Assembly: GCA_000320545.1 (NCBI GenBank)
Contig: ADNK01000343.1
Coordinates: forward strand, 960 to 64,959
DNA from: Bigelowiella natans CCMP2755
Taxonomy: Eukaryota; Protista; Cercozoa
Length of the DNA: 64,000 nucleotides
Reading direction: 5' to 3'
Below are positions 10,253 through 24,981 of the stretch, piece after piece. The notes below the pieces were generated by a model. It saw only the letters and a list, made by a program, of their open reading frames with translations, made no database searches and was not told where the DNA came from. The first letter of the stretch is position 1. Each line of letters starts with the position of its first letter. Both the position numbers and the translations under genes were made by a program.

Positions 10253-12534
10253 TTAATTATCCTTTCTGGGGATCCGTCTCTTCTTCTTCCTCCTTTTCTT
10301 GTTTCCATTTGTGTTCTGCTGATTTGGCATATAACAATTCGAGAAGGGGGACGAGGAAACATAAGATTGCGGCGCTTGGGGCACCATAGCAGGAATTGTT
10401 TTTTGCTTTTCCTTTCTCACTAGCTCTTCCATATTATGACCCTGCTCTTGGTAGTTATTCAGATTGGGCCTTGTTGGCATCGATAATGGTTGTTCCAGGG
10501 ACTGTTGGATGAGCTTTTGCAAATACTATAGATATTTGTGAGTTATGTGCAATGAAAGCAGCGAAGATATTAGGCCATTTCATCACCCAGTGGTGCAACA
10601 GCGCATAATACTTATCATGCACAGAACTACAAATACACAAACGTATGAAATTGGCTTTCGCCGAATATGAGAGCTCGTGATGCCCTAGATGATACGCTAC
10701 TAGCTACATTATACCACAACACCACTATCCATTAATTTAATTGTATAATATAATGAAATGTATAATCATAGGCAGGTTTGTAATGTCTTATTTAGGTTTC
10801 TGATAGTGTTATTGTGTGTATGTGAACGTCGCGAGCAACTACCCTTTGGCAATACTTCTTAGCTGCCTTTCTCTCTGCATCTCCGAGCTTCATATCATCC
10901 ACCTATGGGTATGGGAAAAAGGGAAAATAATTAAGGAGTAATAAGCGACGGCGAAGATAATGATGCCGTGTGTAGCACAGCAAGCATTTTTCTTATTCTC
11001 TACTTCTTTTTGACTGTTTCATACTCGATATCATCTACGATTCTCATCAACTTACATCAATATTTCTCAATATATTTAAATTATCATTACTTTTTTAAGG
11101 ATAGCTGGTAAGGATCTCTGCAACTTATATACTTGCTCGACTTGCAACAGGTCATGGAATTGATCCTCAATGCTTCGCTAATGATACGATATGGTGAGGT
11201 GATAGCTAAAGTGGAAGCATACGGTGGTTGTAATACATGTAATGTATCGAAGGCTTGTAGGACTGATATACTCATTTAAAATAAATATTTCAGGATTATA
11301 TTTAAAATAATATATAGTATACATATATATTCATATATACATATGTACATATGTAGATATGCACTACATTTGAAAATATATAAACACACATTTACGCTTT
11401 GAACATAATGACTTAGATGGTAGCAATACATCGTCTCCAAATATTAAACATCATATGAAAATTGTTGGTTTCAGTAAAAGACCTTTGTTTCAGCTGTGAG
11501 CTTGTTCTTGACACTCATGGCAGATGTTGGCCGCAGTACCTGTAAAATGTACATAAGATGAGAATCATGATGATGAATGGTGTGCAATCCTCAACTGATA
11601 CTAGACAATCATCGTGTTGGTTGGTATAGTGTATTATTAATGTGTAAGTGCTGATAAGAACTAGGGTAAATGGAAAATATGTTAAGCGTTCTTGGAAGTC
11701 GAACGGACCAACACCAATTGCTACGTACTTGTATGTCTGCAGCTGATTGTCGGCCACTCTGATCCTTTTTCTCATTTTCCTCTTGTTTCTCATATTCCTC
11801 CTTTCCCCCTGTATCCAAGCCCGTTTCTCTTGCAATACCGTCCAACTCTCTTTCCTTCTCTTCCTCTTCAAGCTGCTCGTCGTATCGAACATGCCTGACA
11901 AATATTGTTGTTGACAGATCATCGTCACTTGGATTTGCAACATGACTAATGGTACCTCCAACTTCCCTTACCCATAAACTAAATCAGAACTAGTATAGTA
12001 GGGCTGCACCTCGGCTGGGTGGTGCCATTCTTTAGGTGCTCCCTGGAATCCCTTGGTTCTCCCCACGTTTCCCTGTTTCTCTTTTTGCTTCTTATCTCCC
12101 CAAGTATATCATCTTCACTCTCCCAGTCCTCCTCCTTTCTGTTCCCCTTCATTACTATTATATTGTGCATTTTCGAGTAATGAGGTAATAAGTATACATT
12201 CTTCACTATACAACTCCATTCACCCCCAACTTGTGCAGCAATACCGGGAGGGCAATACGCCAAATCAGCTTTATTGAACCTTGGAATACGAGAGGAGAGG
12301 AGAAGAAGAGGAGGGGAAGGGATACAATTTTGATTAAAATAATAAATCCGTGAAATCACCAGGCTTAATAACACAGATACAACTCATGCACGCGCGCATG
12401 CATGGAGAGAATTTAGAGAGAGAATCTTCATTTATCCACCTTTTCCCTAGTTTCATACTCAGAAAGGCGAATAGCCGTTTATGATCGCCTTTTGGGTCCG
12501 GCTTCATTTTAGTATGAGCCAATAGCTTTTGCAT
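10253..12534 (-). CDS. Hypothetical multi-exon protein with an acidic segment and a basic, NLS-like C-terminus
   Basis: Exon-like GT-AG-bounded segments: MQKLLAHTKMKPDPKGDHKRLFAFLSMKLGKR / FNKADLAYCPPGIAAQVG / HVRYDEQLEEEEKERELDG / RSIEDQFHDLLQVEQVYKLQRSLPAILKK / VDDMKLGDAERKAAKKYCQR / ...NKKRRKKKRRIPRKDN*. No family recognised; start and some junctions are uncertain. Confidence 0.5.
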
Positions 12535-13623
12535 TGCATGTATCGCACTTAATATATTTGAAGCAGAAAAATAGAGAAGAGTTACAGCAGAGAAAAAGAG
12601 AGGGAATGGTTCCTCACTTCTCTCCTTTGAAGAATGTTTTCTTCGAAAATGAGCAGACAGAACAGCGAGGAAATCCGTATTTCCTTTCCAAAACCAAAAT
12701 AACAATGGTGCAGGACGAAAACGATAATAATCGACGACAGGTTATGGTGAAAGGATGAGCCAGAATTGATTATGATGATGACGATGGCTGACGATGACTA
12801 TTAACAGCTTCCGGTGTTTTCTTGTTTAGGGATATAGTAAATGCTCGTGTAGTTTACATTATTATAGAAGTTGCTCTGTTTTATGTGCTGTTCCAAGCAG
12901 TGACTTGGGGATGACGACGACGACGATGACAACGACGACGACGACGACCTTAATTGAGATGAGAACGAGGACGATGATGATGATGGTGACTGTTTTGCTA
13001 ATGACGTACTTATATTCTCGGTTCACGATAACATCCTCCAATCGTAATGCTTCAATTTCCTGGAAACTAGTCTTGTACAGTATCTCGATCCCCTACAAAG
13101 GTTATCACAATCTTGGCTTCTCCAAAAAAGAGAAGATACGAAAAAATGAAACATAGTCAGGGAGAGAATGGGGAGTAGACCATTAGATGACGCCCATTCT
13201 TTCTTAGACCGCTGAAAAAGGTATTTATGATTGATCTTGGGGATGAGGCTTGAGTTATCTCCTTTTTTCCTTCCTTCCTTTCCTCCTTCCTTCTTGTCAA
13301 TGCACCTTAGTAGATCTAGTAGTAGTAGTAGTAGTAGTAGTTTCCCGAGAAGGTTTTTGTTGTTGTTGTTGTTGTTGTTGTGAATGAGTCTGGTGGATGT
13401 CATTCATCTACTAAGACAGAACAATTTATCTGACGCAGGTAAGTATCTCCGTTCATTTCAACCATACTTGTTATCCCGGTTTTTCATTTTCATCACAGAA
13501 ATAAAAACGTTTCCAGGGAATGGAGGCTGGAGGTATTTCTTCTCATGTGGCTGCAGGGAGCCCACATTGAACGGGGAAGTCAGAACCAGCAATCAAGCTC
13601 ATTTTGATTCAAAATAGAAAATT

Positions 13624-14811
13624 ATGAATTCTCCCGATAACGATCCTGGATCTTCCCGAACTATGGAGTTGGGAAGGGGGGGAGGGGATGAGACGTTTCT
13701 CACTGGTGGTGGTATCGGAGGCATGGAACATCCTGACACACGATTTCATAAGAAGGCCAACGATGTTGAAGATATGGAAAGGAAGTTACAGCAGCTAAAA
13801 AGTAATTATGGATTAAAAATACGTTCTTTGAAGGACAGGGAAGGCGAATTCATGGACCGGCAGCAGAAGACAATGGCCAACATCGATAAGTTCAAGACCT
13901 ACATCTTCGACACCGACAAGAAAAGAAAGGCATTTGAGCGACGCCTTGCTGAAAAAAAGAAACAGGGTAAAAAATTAGATGAAGAAATAGATGAGCTGAA
14001 AGAGCGTCTGCAGAAGATACAAATACTGAATGACCGACTGGACACTTCACTGGATAACATTGCTTGCTATGAAGAGTACCTTGACGAAATTATCACCGAA
14101 GAGCCTAGCGTGTCAAATAAAGATGAGATGATCGCCAGGTACCAACTCCTTGCTGAGACGAAGAGATTATCGGAAGATAAAGCCCGCACTACGGAAACGG
14201 ATGTTCGACAAATCCAAAAAGAAACTGTATCCCTTGATAAGGTGAAACAAACTGATATTCTGTTGAAGAAAGATAGGGTTTCAAAGTTACGAGAAAGAAT
14301 AGAAGAGGTGGCCTCGAAGACATCTAACTCTACGGAGGAGATGGAGCAAAAGGACCTTAAGTATAAAAAAACATTGAGGGCAGTTACTGCAGTGCGTCAT
14401 TCGATATTCAATCTACACATCCTTGCCCAAAACTCATACCCCGTTCCCAAGCATAAGGAACCCTTCAAGCTACCAAATGTTTCATTGCAAGGAAAAACTC
14501 AAAGAGAGAGAACAGATGCATTCCACCACCACATGCGAAAGCAACTGGCCACCGTGCAAGACAGATTGGCGGAGCTGAGAGAGATTGTCCCAAAGAGCAT
14601 GATGGAACAAGATGACAGTTGTTTCTTGAGAATATCATCTGCTCCTACTTCAGGAAGCCGACACAGGAAAGGCCATGGGAGACAATCAATGAAGCAATCG
14701 GTGAATCGATCGATGAATCGTTCGATGGGAGGGATGTCGGCAATGCATGCAAACATGTCGCGGGGAAGTATGACCGTGATGGGATCCATGTCTAGATACG
14801 AAGCTGATTGA
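13624..14811 (+). CDS. Coiled-coil flagellar protein, CFAP73/CCDC42-like (DUF4200), intronless CDS
   Basis: 395 aa ORF with the DUF4200-like pattern (EDMERKL...KFKTYIFDTDKKRK...YEEYLDEI...EMIARYQLL). Probable 5'UTR intron from GTAAGT at ~13439 to CACAG at ~13498. Confidence 0.75.
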   Translation: MNSPDNDPGSSRTMELGRGGGDETFLTGGGIGGMEHPDTRFHKKANDVEDMERKLQQLKSNYGLKIRSLKDREGEFMDRQQKTMANIDKFKTYIFDTDKKRKAFERRLAEKKKQGKKLDEEIDELKERLQKIQILNDRLDTSLDNIACYEEYLDEIITEEPSVSNKDEMIARYQLLAETKRLSEDKARTTETDVRQIQKETVSLDKVKQTDILLKKDRVSKLRERIEEVASKTSNSTEEMEQKDLKYKKTLRAVTAVRHSIFNLHILAQNSYPVPKHKEPFKLPNVSLQGKTQRERTDAFHHHMRKQLATVQDRLAELREIVPKSMMEQDDSCFLRISSAPTSGSRHRKGHGRQSMKQSVNRSMNRSMGGMSAMHANMSRGSMTVMGSMSRYEAD

Positions 14812-14864
14812 TTCAGCGTAAGAAACTGTAAACTAAACACGGTTATAGTGTTAGTGTGTGCTAC

Positions 14865-15590
14865 ATTCATGTGCATGCGCATTTGCATCTGTTGTTGCAT
14901 GAACCTGTGCGAACATCTGCGCTGCTGGCATGTCTCGGCTCCACGCTAGCACGTCTAGACGTGTTGCTGTGTTGGCTACATGTGTCATGGGCAAGACCAT
15001 GGAAGAGCTGTACACGTTGTGAGTTCATGCACCTAGTTGCGATCGTGGATGGTACCGTCCGCAGATCTGGAGACGCAGATGTCACAGTCAAGCTGCACCA
15101 CAGTGCATGGCGGTGTGTCATCGCAAGATCGCAAGCTAGGACCATCGTTGTCCACACACACGCTAGCACTGCTAGCACACCCCGTTCAAAGCCAGAAGTG
15201 TCACAAAAAGGCAGGGGTTCTCACCTTCAACAATGATGGTGTTTGTTTGATGCGATGCCAAGGTGTTGGGTGTGCCACCGACACTGCTCAGACTGGTCTA
15301 GTGGTGATGAAATGGCAATTGACAAAATGGACGCAACTGAATGGACGCACAGTGGACAGTGGAGTCACCATGAAACAGGTGAGCGGGCAACAAGCAGCGT
15401 GCCGCCAGAGCGCACACGCACAGCGAGCAAGGTTCAAGACTCAAGGTTCGTGTTCATTCGACATGCCAACAACGTGATGATGGCGCTGCCTGTCAACAAG
15501 CTGGATGCGCATCAAAACCAAGGAATGATCGGACTCGCAAGAAGAGGGAGGGGATGGTCGTCGTTTAATGCACAATGAACGATGTCGCTA
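14865..15590. other. TpA-depleted intergenic island 3
   Basis: In 14865-15560 I count about 10 TA, 7 of them in CTAG. ORFs 14867, 15037 and 15243 are Tyr-free. Confidence 0.8.
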
Positions 15591-15995
15591 GATGGAAATT
15601 CTATGCATTTTTCTTTTTCAAAAGTTGTGATCATCGGAGCTCTGAGTCGTAGGTTCTTTACATCTTGTCTTATGGGGTAACAATATTTGTCGCTAAATGC
15701 AAATCACCTGCGTTTTTTGGCTAGAATGTTACGAAAATTGTCTTTCAGTGGCTGTCACATCAGTGAAAATTCAATAAATATCGCATCCCTCCCCCCAAAT
15801 CAACAAAGATATTCATCTCCTAAGGCAGCTTGCCCTACCCATATCGTTTGTGGGGGAGTTCTTAGATACGTACAATAGTAATACATTGTGTTGAATCTTC
15901 TCTCTTCAAACGGTTGGAAAATTCGACTCTCCTCCTCCTCCCACTGGATTGAGTGAGATTCTACTCACCCAGAATCATCCTTTTTCAATTTGAGT

Positions 15996-17051
15996 ATGGA
16001 GCCAGAAGATCCAGGGCTAAGTCGTGTGCCCTTAAGGGAGGTATTTGAGTTGCCAATCGATCAGGTTTGCACGTACACACTGCACGGGAACATCTTGATA
16101 TTCCCGTGACTTTAACATGACATGGCATGGCAAACCGGTAATATTATACGTATTTGACCTAGTCTCCCTGTATTTTCTATCTGTACTATCTTCATTAAGG
16201 CAATTGCGGATAATGCCGTCAAAGGATTTGATATGAAGGAGGCCAAGGTCAACCAATCAAATGCTTTTTCTGGTGACGAAACGGAATCTCATAGCAAGTT
16301 TATCTTTTCTTTTGTACCAAGGGATTTCTCCCTACGAGCATTCGTCCCGAGCCAATGGCAACTATTCTTACAGACCAGATAGACACGGAGTTTCAACCAG
16401 AGGTGGTTTGTATTAGATTGAGAATGAAATGTATGCGACTATAAGCTGTCCAGTTGAAACACTGCTGTCTGATGGCAACAGATGAAGACCGAAATTCGGG
16501 ATGACATTGAACTGGTAAGAGTAGTTGTCTGTAATATACTTACTACTAGTAGGGATGACATTCAAATGACAAGAGTAGTTGCCTGTATTAATATACTTAC
16601 TAGTACTAGTACTACTAGTAGTAATCGTAGTGCGAAAGGGAAACTCTTGTGTATGGTATGTCATCAGGCAATAAATGATATCTGTCTGTTTGTTTACGCA
16701 CTGAGCAGGCATGCAAGAACAGTGCACAGATAGAGAGCATGAAACGATATCACTTCATGAAAGAGGTGACTTGTTGGTCTTATTCGTCGACAAATCTGTA
16801 TAACAATAATATTAAAATAAACTCTGATGGATTCCAGCAATATTTTACATCTCCGTATTCATGTATTATTTGTCGGATCAAGGTTCTCAAAGACGTCGTT
16901 GGATTATCAAAAAAGCTTAAAGAGAAGTAGGGAATCATCAATTTAAATATTCAACAGACTAATCTCATGACTTCATATATCAAAATTTTTATACATTACA
17001 TAATCATATAATGTATATGCAATGTATGTGTGGTAATTATACATATATGTA

Positions 17052-17140
<89 letters not shown>

Positions 17141-17955
17141 GTATATATACGAGTGTGTATATTTAAAATGCATATTTGATAAATAATGTGAATATCATAC
17201 ATGTGCGCATGTATTTGGCTTCTAGTGTTTGTAGTATGGATTATTACCCTTATTTGCTTTTCTACTACCATGCAAACTATAAAACTAGGACTGTGGAGAA
17301 TCAAACGTCTGCCCAAAAGGTGACAGCCATTACCCTATCCAGTGGTATTTTCTCCCTTCGTTGTTTTATCTTAAATTTGTGAAGAAAGGTGATAAATGAG
17401 AACTGTTCATCGTCGTCATCATCTTCACATGATATGGAACAATAACTAGATTCGTGGCAAGGGGCCGCAGATTGGTGCATCATCAAAGGCAACAATACAG
17501 ATGTTAGTAAAATCCAACACCAAGGTATTCACTCAATATTGTAGCTTAATAACCTTTGGACGATGATGACTGCGTTATCATCGAACGAACTACTACTGTG
17601 GTGTGTGTTTGTGGACTATATGATGATGATGATGATGCACGCATACTTCACGTAATCTACATCGCCTTATTATTATTGTTATTATTATTATATCCACACT
17701 ACTACTACTCCCAACACCACCCACCTTCTTTAATAATGGGGGCCTGAACAAACGCAACGCAGCTATTGGAAATGGCGCTACGTACTGGCAACTTCGAAGC
17801 ACTCTCTGAGGTCATAAAATTATATAATTCAGATATTGCTTCATATGAAGACTGCGTGGGTTGAGAATCAACGTTTTCTTAGGTTTTGGGCGATATGACC
17901 GAAATCCTCTCCTCTTTTCCGGTGATGGTATTAAGGTTTGATAAAGAAGCATATG

Positions 17956-17986
<31 letters not shown>

Positions 17987-18572
17987 TACAATACTACCCA
18001 ATGCACCTCCATCAGCAGTAGCACGACTACCTTTAACACAACTGCCACCACCGCTACCACCACCTCAATTGGTTTTATTGAACAGCGAGATCACTCATAA
18101 TCTCAGTTAATACTAATTAGTTGTTCTTCCAATACTAATTATTTTTGTCGATGTTACTTGTTAGTCGGAGTTCACTCTTTCCTCATTTGTTTGTGCTTAT
18201 TTAGTCACGACAAGTACGACCGATCTACTTTCAAATACTCGAAGCCAGTCTTTCAGATGTAAGAACAATGGGGGGGGAACGGGAGTAAGGGTTAGGGTTA
18301 GCAGGAGGAGGAGGAGGGCATAATGCTATCCTCTTTTATTTCTGAATTATATTGAGGAGGAGGACCAAATTGTAGTAACAACTGTATGGCTACTACTTTT
18401 GTTGCTTCTTCTTTGTCCCCCTCTTCTTCCATGAAGGATGCCAAAACTCATCTCTGACAAGAGGGTTCCTCAAAAAATCAAAGCTCTTGCAGTCGAGGTC
18501 GTAGTTTTATATTGTAAATACATTAGTAGTAGTAGCAGCAGCAGCAGCAGCGGTAGTAGAAGTAGTAGTAGC

Positions 18573-18610
<38 letters not shown>

Positions 18611-20872
18611 CGCGTAAAAACAACAACAGGCCATTCGATATTCACTCATTAATTGAAAATATTTGAAAGAATGATTTTTGTTAATAAGCTGAATGAGCCA
18701 TCAATCAAAGGTTTTGGTCTCCCTTGCAATCTCACGTGGTTCTATAAATAACTTGCTTGAAGCTTTAACCCAGGGTCAGAGCATAGTTGGAACAGTGCGA
18801 TATTTTCTACAACAAACAACTCTCAGAAAGAATCACTCCTTTCTATTTATCGATCTTTAATACATCTCAATCTCTGAATTTTGGAAATATTGGACATATA
18901 TTATCATTAAATAGTATCAATACTGTTATGAATATAGATTTGTTACTTTGTTGTGTTATGTGTATCTTCCACCACGTCTCCAATATGAATCTCTAGGGGT
19001 ATCATCGTCTTCATTGACAACAATGCCAGCATCCAGCAGCCTGACTAAATTGATAAAACGACTTCTCAGGCATATGGTGATGAGAGTTATTATGAACAAA
19101 TGTCTGGATGATGATGACGACGATGATGATGATTATGATTATCTTGTGTGAAATAGTAGTTAACATACATAGCAACCATGCCACAACAACTGATATATCA
19201 TTAGGCAGTAGTAGTAGTATAATATCTAAGATATTAGCTGGCTAATGATAAAGACTACAATAGTTACTTGTTGATTTCTTCATAAACTGACTGTCATTCG
19301 GTCATTTCTAGGAGACTTTTACGTCTTTGAAATCTAACCAAGGTGATGATGATGATAATGATGATGGTGATAATAGAATATCTAACAATGATATACATAT
19401 TATAATTTTTGGTCTCAATCGTCTCCTTTTGCAACTACTACGCGCCCTCTCCCTCCAACAATATTGTATTGCTACTGTACTCGTCAATTTACTAGCTGCC
19501 AACCCTCTTCTTCCCCGGCTTCCTTTTCTCCCCGTCACAACAATATATCCAGACACAACGACTTCGTTGCCTAACGTGGCTTCTAAAGTTTTGTCTTATT
19601 TTGAGAAGAAAGCTGGTGGTGGTGAGTTGTTCACGATTGGACAGCTACTTGCTGTTGTCACATCATTGGTAGTAATAATAACAACAACACTTACTCTTTA
19701 TAACAACATTTCAACAACTTTTCCAAACATGATCTATCTATCTCCTTCGTTTGTTTGACTCATTTTTCATTTATCCCTCCTTCTTTCATATTGTGTTTGT
19801 GTGTTTGTGTGTGTTTGTGTGTGTTTGTGTGTGTGTGTTTATGTGTGTTTATGTGTGTGTGTTTCAACAAATAATCAAAGTGTGCATCCGAGGCTGCGTT
19901 GCAGATGGAAAATAACAGAGAAACAGCTACGCCAAATGATAGCAAAGATTCGGTTGTATGTTTTATCTCAAATCTGGAAAAACATTTTCTCTTTTCTTTG
20001 TTATAAAGTCATTATTGCCAATGATATCTCCATATTTTAATAAATGATGAAGAGTATGATGATATTTCTATTATCTTGTCGATCATATTTGATGTTTATT
20101 TATGATGGATCTTCTTCTTCTTCTCCTTATTATTATTATTATTATTACTATAAGAAGAAGAAGAAGAAAGGGGAAGTTCCTGTTACTGACGGATTAGTCG
20201 GTTATTTCGACGGTGATTGCACTATAGATTCGACGTACTGGTAATAATAAACAATATTAGAATGATGACCCCAATGTATAATAATAGTATCCTTCCACAT
20301 AATAAACAACAGATACTTGCTATCACTGCTCTACCCTGCTGCTGCTACTGCTACTGATACTGCTACTTCTGCTACTACCAATACTCCTACTAATACTACA
20401 ACTACAACTCTTTTTTATCACCTTCACTCTTCAAAAACGACAGATGTTGTTTAATAACTAACACCTATTACTACTACTATAAGGCGTGATAAATCGGGTC
20501 GAGGCAACCATGGGGTAAAGTACTCATCCTTACAGTTTCCTATCAAGGTACTAATGATGAAGTTGGTGATGATGGTGGTACTTACTCTCGCACTTGCTCT
20601 ATATTTATTTACGCTGTCGATCACCTCCATATAATAACCTGTAGTACTCTTTTCATTGTGATTGATGATGATGATGATTATTATGATGGTGATGATATGA
20701 TTCTAAAACAAAAAATCTTGCTTTATTAGTCTACCCTAATTATTTTCATTACTTTGGAACGTTATCTCCCCCTCTTTCACAGAAAAGTGATGCAAAAACT
20801 GGGATGAAGTGGGTGGAGATCAATAATGGGTAAAGAGTCGACACCAACACAACAACCTCCACGATGTGATGA

Positions 20873-20906
<34 letters not shown>

Positions 20907-21120
20907 GGTAGTGGGGAACCACTTTGTTAGGCAATGATCTTCGTGATGAGTATGGTTACTAATGATCCCATTCTTATCATTATCATCATCATCATCATTG
21001 TTGTTGTTGTGGTTGTTGTCTTTTGTTATCAGAACTGGAGTTGTATTCAACAATTCCATACCTCGTACATATACTATTTTTCTCATCGATCGGTATTAAG
21101 AATAAAGAGAGGAGGAGGAA

Positions 21121-21158
<38 letters not shown>

Positions 21159-21340
21159 TGCTGATATCTACGACGCATACGAAGAATACATAAGATGATG
21201 ATGATGATCATGGTGACACATGATGATGTTGTTATTCTTCAGATATAGTGGAACCGCCAATTGCCGGAGGACATTACAATCGGTACAACTGCTGCTGCTG
21301 CTGCCGCTGCTAGTTGCGGTGTCGTCCTTACTACTACTGT

Positions 21341-21372
<32 letters not shown>

Positions 21373-21477
21373 AGTTGCGGTTGTTCTTACTTGCATCATT
21401 TACATGATATCTTCTTCTTCTCCTCCTCCTACTACCAACTACCTAACCCTATCACTTTACGCAACCCTATTATAATC

Positions 21478-21510
<33 letters not shown>

Positions 21511-22349
21511 TTACAGCGAGATCGTAATTGGAGTCTAGGAAAGTGGAATGGATACAACTACGCAAACCTTTTTTGTAATACTACTATTTTTAGTGCTAAT
21601 AGTAGTAGTATTATGAAACGGCTCCTCCTCTATGATTTCTATTGAAAATGATTATGCATTACATATTGTTTGTTTCTCCCATATCTAAAGAAGGAAGTGC
21701 TGCATATTTTTTCCTTTTCTTCTACTTCTTCTGTTATTGCATATGGTTTCATGGTATAGCCATCGATCATAGAAGGGCAGCAGCAGCTTTGTGTATTATC
21801 GTAAATTAGAAGAAAATAAATAAATCATGGGTAAGATAGAAGGCTACATTACTGCCAACTTGAGCTAATGGTGGCTCTAATCCTTGAAAAGGAAGAAGAA
21901 GAAATACTAATTTGATAGGATAGTAGTAATAGGATAGTAGTAATAGTAATAGTAGTAGTAGCAGCAGTGGTAATAATAATTATTAAAACAAATCATTCTT
22001 AGCGAAGTCCAGCGGTACCTATACCAGCTACCAATCACGTCCGACCCCTGGGCAATGGGATCTTAGCGTGGCAAGAGGACAAGGAACAGGGGTAACTAGA
22101 CTACTACTACTACATCGTCATTATCGTCATTTCTTTCACTACATCAATGTCATCATCATCATCATCATCATCAATCGTCGTTATCACCGTCGGCAGATTA
22201 GTTAGTTAGTAGCATCATCTTTCACACACGTACACCCCTCCATCTAGCAACTAGAATTATTAGTAATAGTTGATAAAACTACTATAGCTTTCTGACCACA
22301 TGCAAGAGCGCCTCCTAACGTTGTTGTGCATTTCATTAGCTTTAGTTCA

Positions 22350-22382
<33 letters not shown>

Positions 22383-22601
22383 AATATGATTGTTATTGTT
22401 ACTTTAGGGAAATATTATCTACCAGCTGAATGGACAAACTAAGGCACAGTTTGCTGCACCAGAGGTCAGTTAGTCATCAAATAGAAACAGGAAGAAGAAG
22501 AAGAGGAAGAAGAAGAAGGAAGAAGAGGGAATAGAAAGGAGTAGGCAGGACTAGTATATTGCATTGAATACTCATTGTTTCATTCTTTTTCTAGATACTT
22601 G

Positions 22602-22640
<39 letters not shown>

Positions 22641-22774
22641 ATATATGAATGCCATTTACATAAAATCGTAATGTCGTATGTTGCTCGTGTTGTATGTAGA
22701 CGAGCACTCATGATACTCCTGGAAGGCTAGCATTCAACCACGGAGGAATATACTCGAGCGAATACTCTTTCGCG

Positions 22775-22810
<36 letters not shown>

Positions 22811-23984
22811 ATTGGAACGCAATCACTCACTCACTCACCCACCCATTGTTTTCTGATGATGGTTGCTCTACTACTACTAATACTAATACTAATAATACTA
22901 CTAGTAGTAGTAGTAGTGCCAAATTTGTTGTCGTATGTTGTTGATGATGATGATGATGATGATGATGGTGATGATTGTGATGATGAGGGAAACAAATGGT
23001 GAGAAGATCCTCCTGCTCTTACTTCTCCTCCTCCTCTTGCTCATGCTGCTACTCCTGATGGTGATGGTGGTAGGAGTTAAGTGAGATCGATTTACATCAA
23101 GTTCTATGAATCATCTTTGTTTTGTTTGTACATTGATTGAAATTATTAGCACATTGGCCTGCTTTTGACTTATAATCGGGCCTTAACCGATGAAGAAATG
23201 AATCAAGTACTGATAATAATAGCAATATTCTTCTCATGAGAACCGTTGTTGTTGTGTATTATACGGTTAATGTTTTGGTTAAACTCTCCCCTCCCTCCCA
23301 TCCTCCCTCCCTCCGTGAAATATTTACAACTGACTGCTAGCATTATTAAATTCAAACAGCAATGGAATACTGCTGTCCTTAATCTTCTTCTTCTTCTTCT
23401 TCTTCCTTTTCTTTTATTACTAATATGTATGGTGCTATTATTACTGAATTAAGGTCTCCCACTGGGCAGCAAAGAAATTCCGAATTAAATTATCGAAGGA
23501 GTTGAAGATAGCTTTGGATCAAAAGGATAATGCCAAGCAAGAAGTGGGAGGGGTACGGCGAGGAAGAAGAAGAAGAAGAAGAAGAAGAAGAAGAAGAGAA
23601 GAGAAAGAAAACAAAAGAAAATAAAGAGAGGAGGAGAATAGCGATGAAAGCACAATGATGATATCCTCTTTCTTACATTTAATAATTAATGTCTTGTTGT
23701 TGGTACTATAATCGATCACCAGGCGGTGCTGCATTCTCCTTTAACATATGATGTGACTTCGGTAAGTAAGTAAGTAAGTAAGTAAGTAGCAACCCTTTTG
23801 TAAAATAACAACAATTTACTCATTTGCTGCTGCTGCTAATAACAACTACAATAATAATAATAGCAATAATAATAAACAATAATAATAATAATAATAATAA
23901 TGCATGCTCCCGCTGCTCTCTGCTCCCACAACCACAAGCAGCAGTAAGTAGAAGTAGTATAACGATATAGTAAATAACTAGATT

Positions 23985-24018
<34 letters not shown>

Positions 24019-24948
24019 CTCCTAATCGGATGATCCATCCCATGGTGATAATATCAACTGCACTTATTTCATCATCATTATCATCATTGTATATCTTTGG
24101 TATTGCTTTCTTCGCCTGACGGTCTTCTTCTTCTTCACTCCATCCCCAGGAATCCGTCTCTTTGATGGTGACAGTTTTGGATCATTTGCTACAGCTGTAT
24201 TTTGACGGCAGCAGCAGCAAGGATGAAAAAAAAACAAAAGAAATCAAGGAAGAGAAAGAAGAGAAAGAGGGAGACGATAGCAGTGTAGTCACCACCCAGA
24301 AGGATGCTGAAAGCTTCATCCCAATGTTATTATTAAAATTATGATAAAAAGAAACATACAATTTATATGTTTTTTTATATAATTCCCCCAATCTTGATAA
24401 TGATCATGATTTAGGTGACGTTTTCATCTTGTTGTAACGCCCACCCCCCCCCCCATTATTCGATAATTTTACGTTCTTATCTCTGTCACGACAGCGACTA
24501 ATACCACTGCTACTATACTACGGCAATTACTACATGCAGCGTTGAATATGGGCAATAAATTTGTTCTAGTTTTCGTTGTATACTAAAAACCATGGCCACA
24601 ATCAGCTTTCACATTATATCATTTATTTGACGACTGACGGCACGCATAGTTATTTATATTCTTCTACTTTTCATTAGAACAATCATGGCCTCCAGCATCA
24701 TGCGCCTTATGGCGCTACATATGCAACAGGTAGTAATCATAATAATGATAATAATAATAATAATAATAACTACAATAACATTTGTTGTTGATGATGATCA
24801 TGATTTAATTGGAAGAAGAAGAAGGAAGGAGAGGATGTAGGATTGCTTGGTGGGAAGAATAAGACACAAATACATGATGAGAGAGAAAGCAATATCATCA
24901 TCTTCATCATCATCATCATCATCATCATCATATTAGTATTATGATACC

Positions 24949-24981
<33 letters not shown>

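Noticed and set aside
12770-13410. An additional small minus-strand gene between the hypothetical gene and the CFAP73-like gene
   Set aside because: Exon-like pieces exist, but I could not join them into a consistent frame from a start codon; they may be UTR exons.
18287-18301. GGGTTAGGGTTAG as an interstitial telomere or fusion scar
   Set aside because: Only two units within a low-complexity intron.
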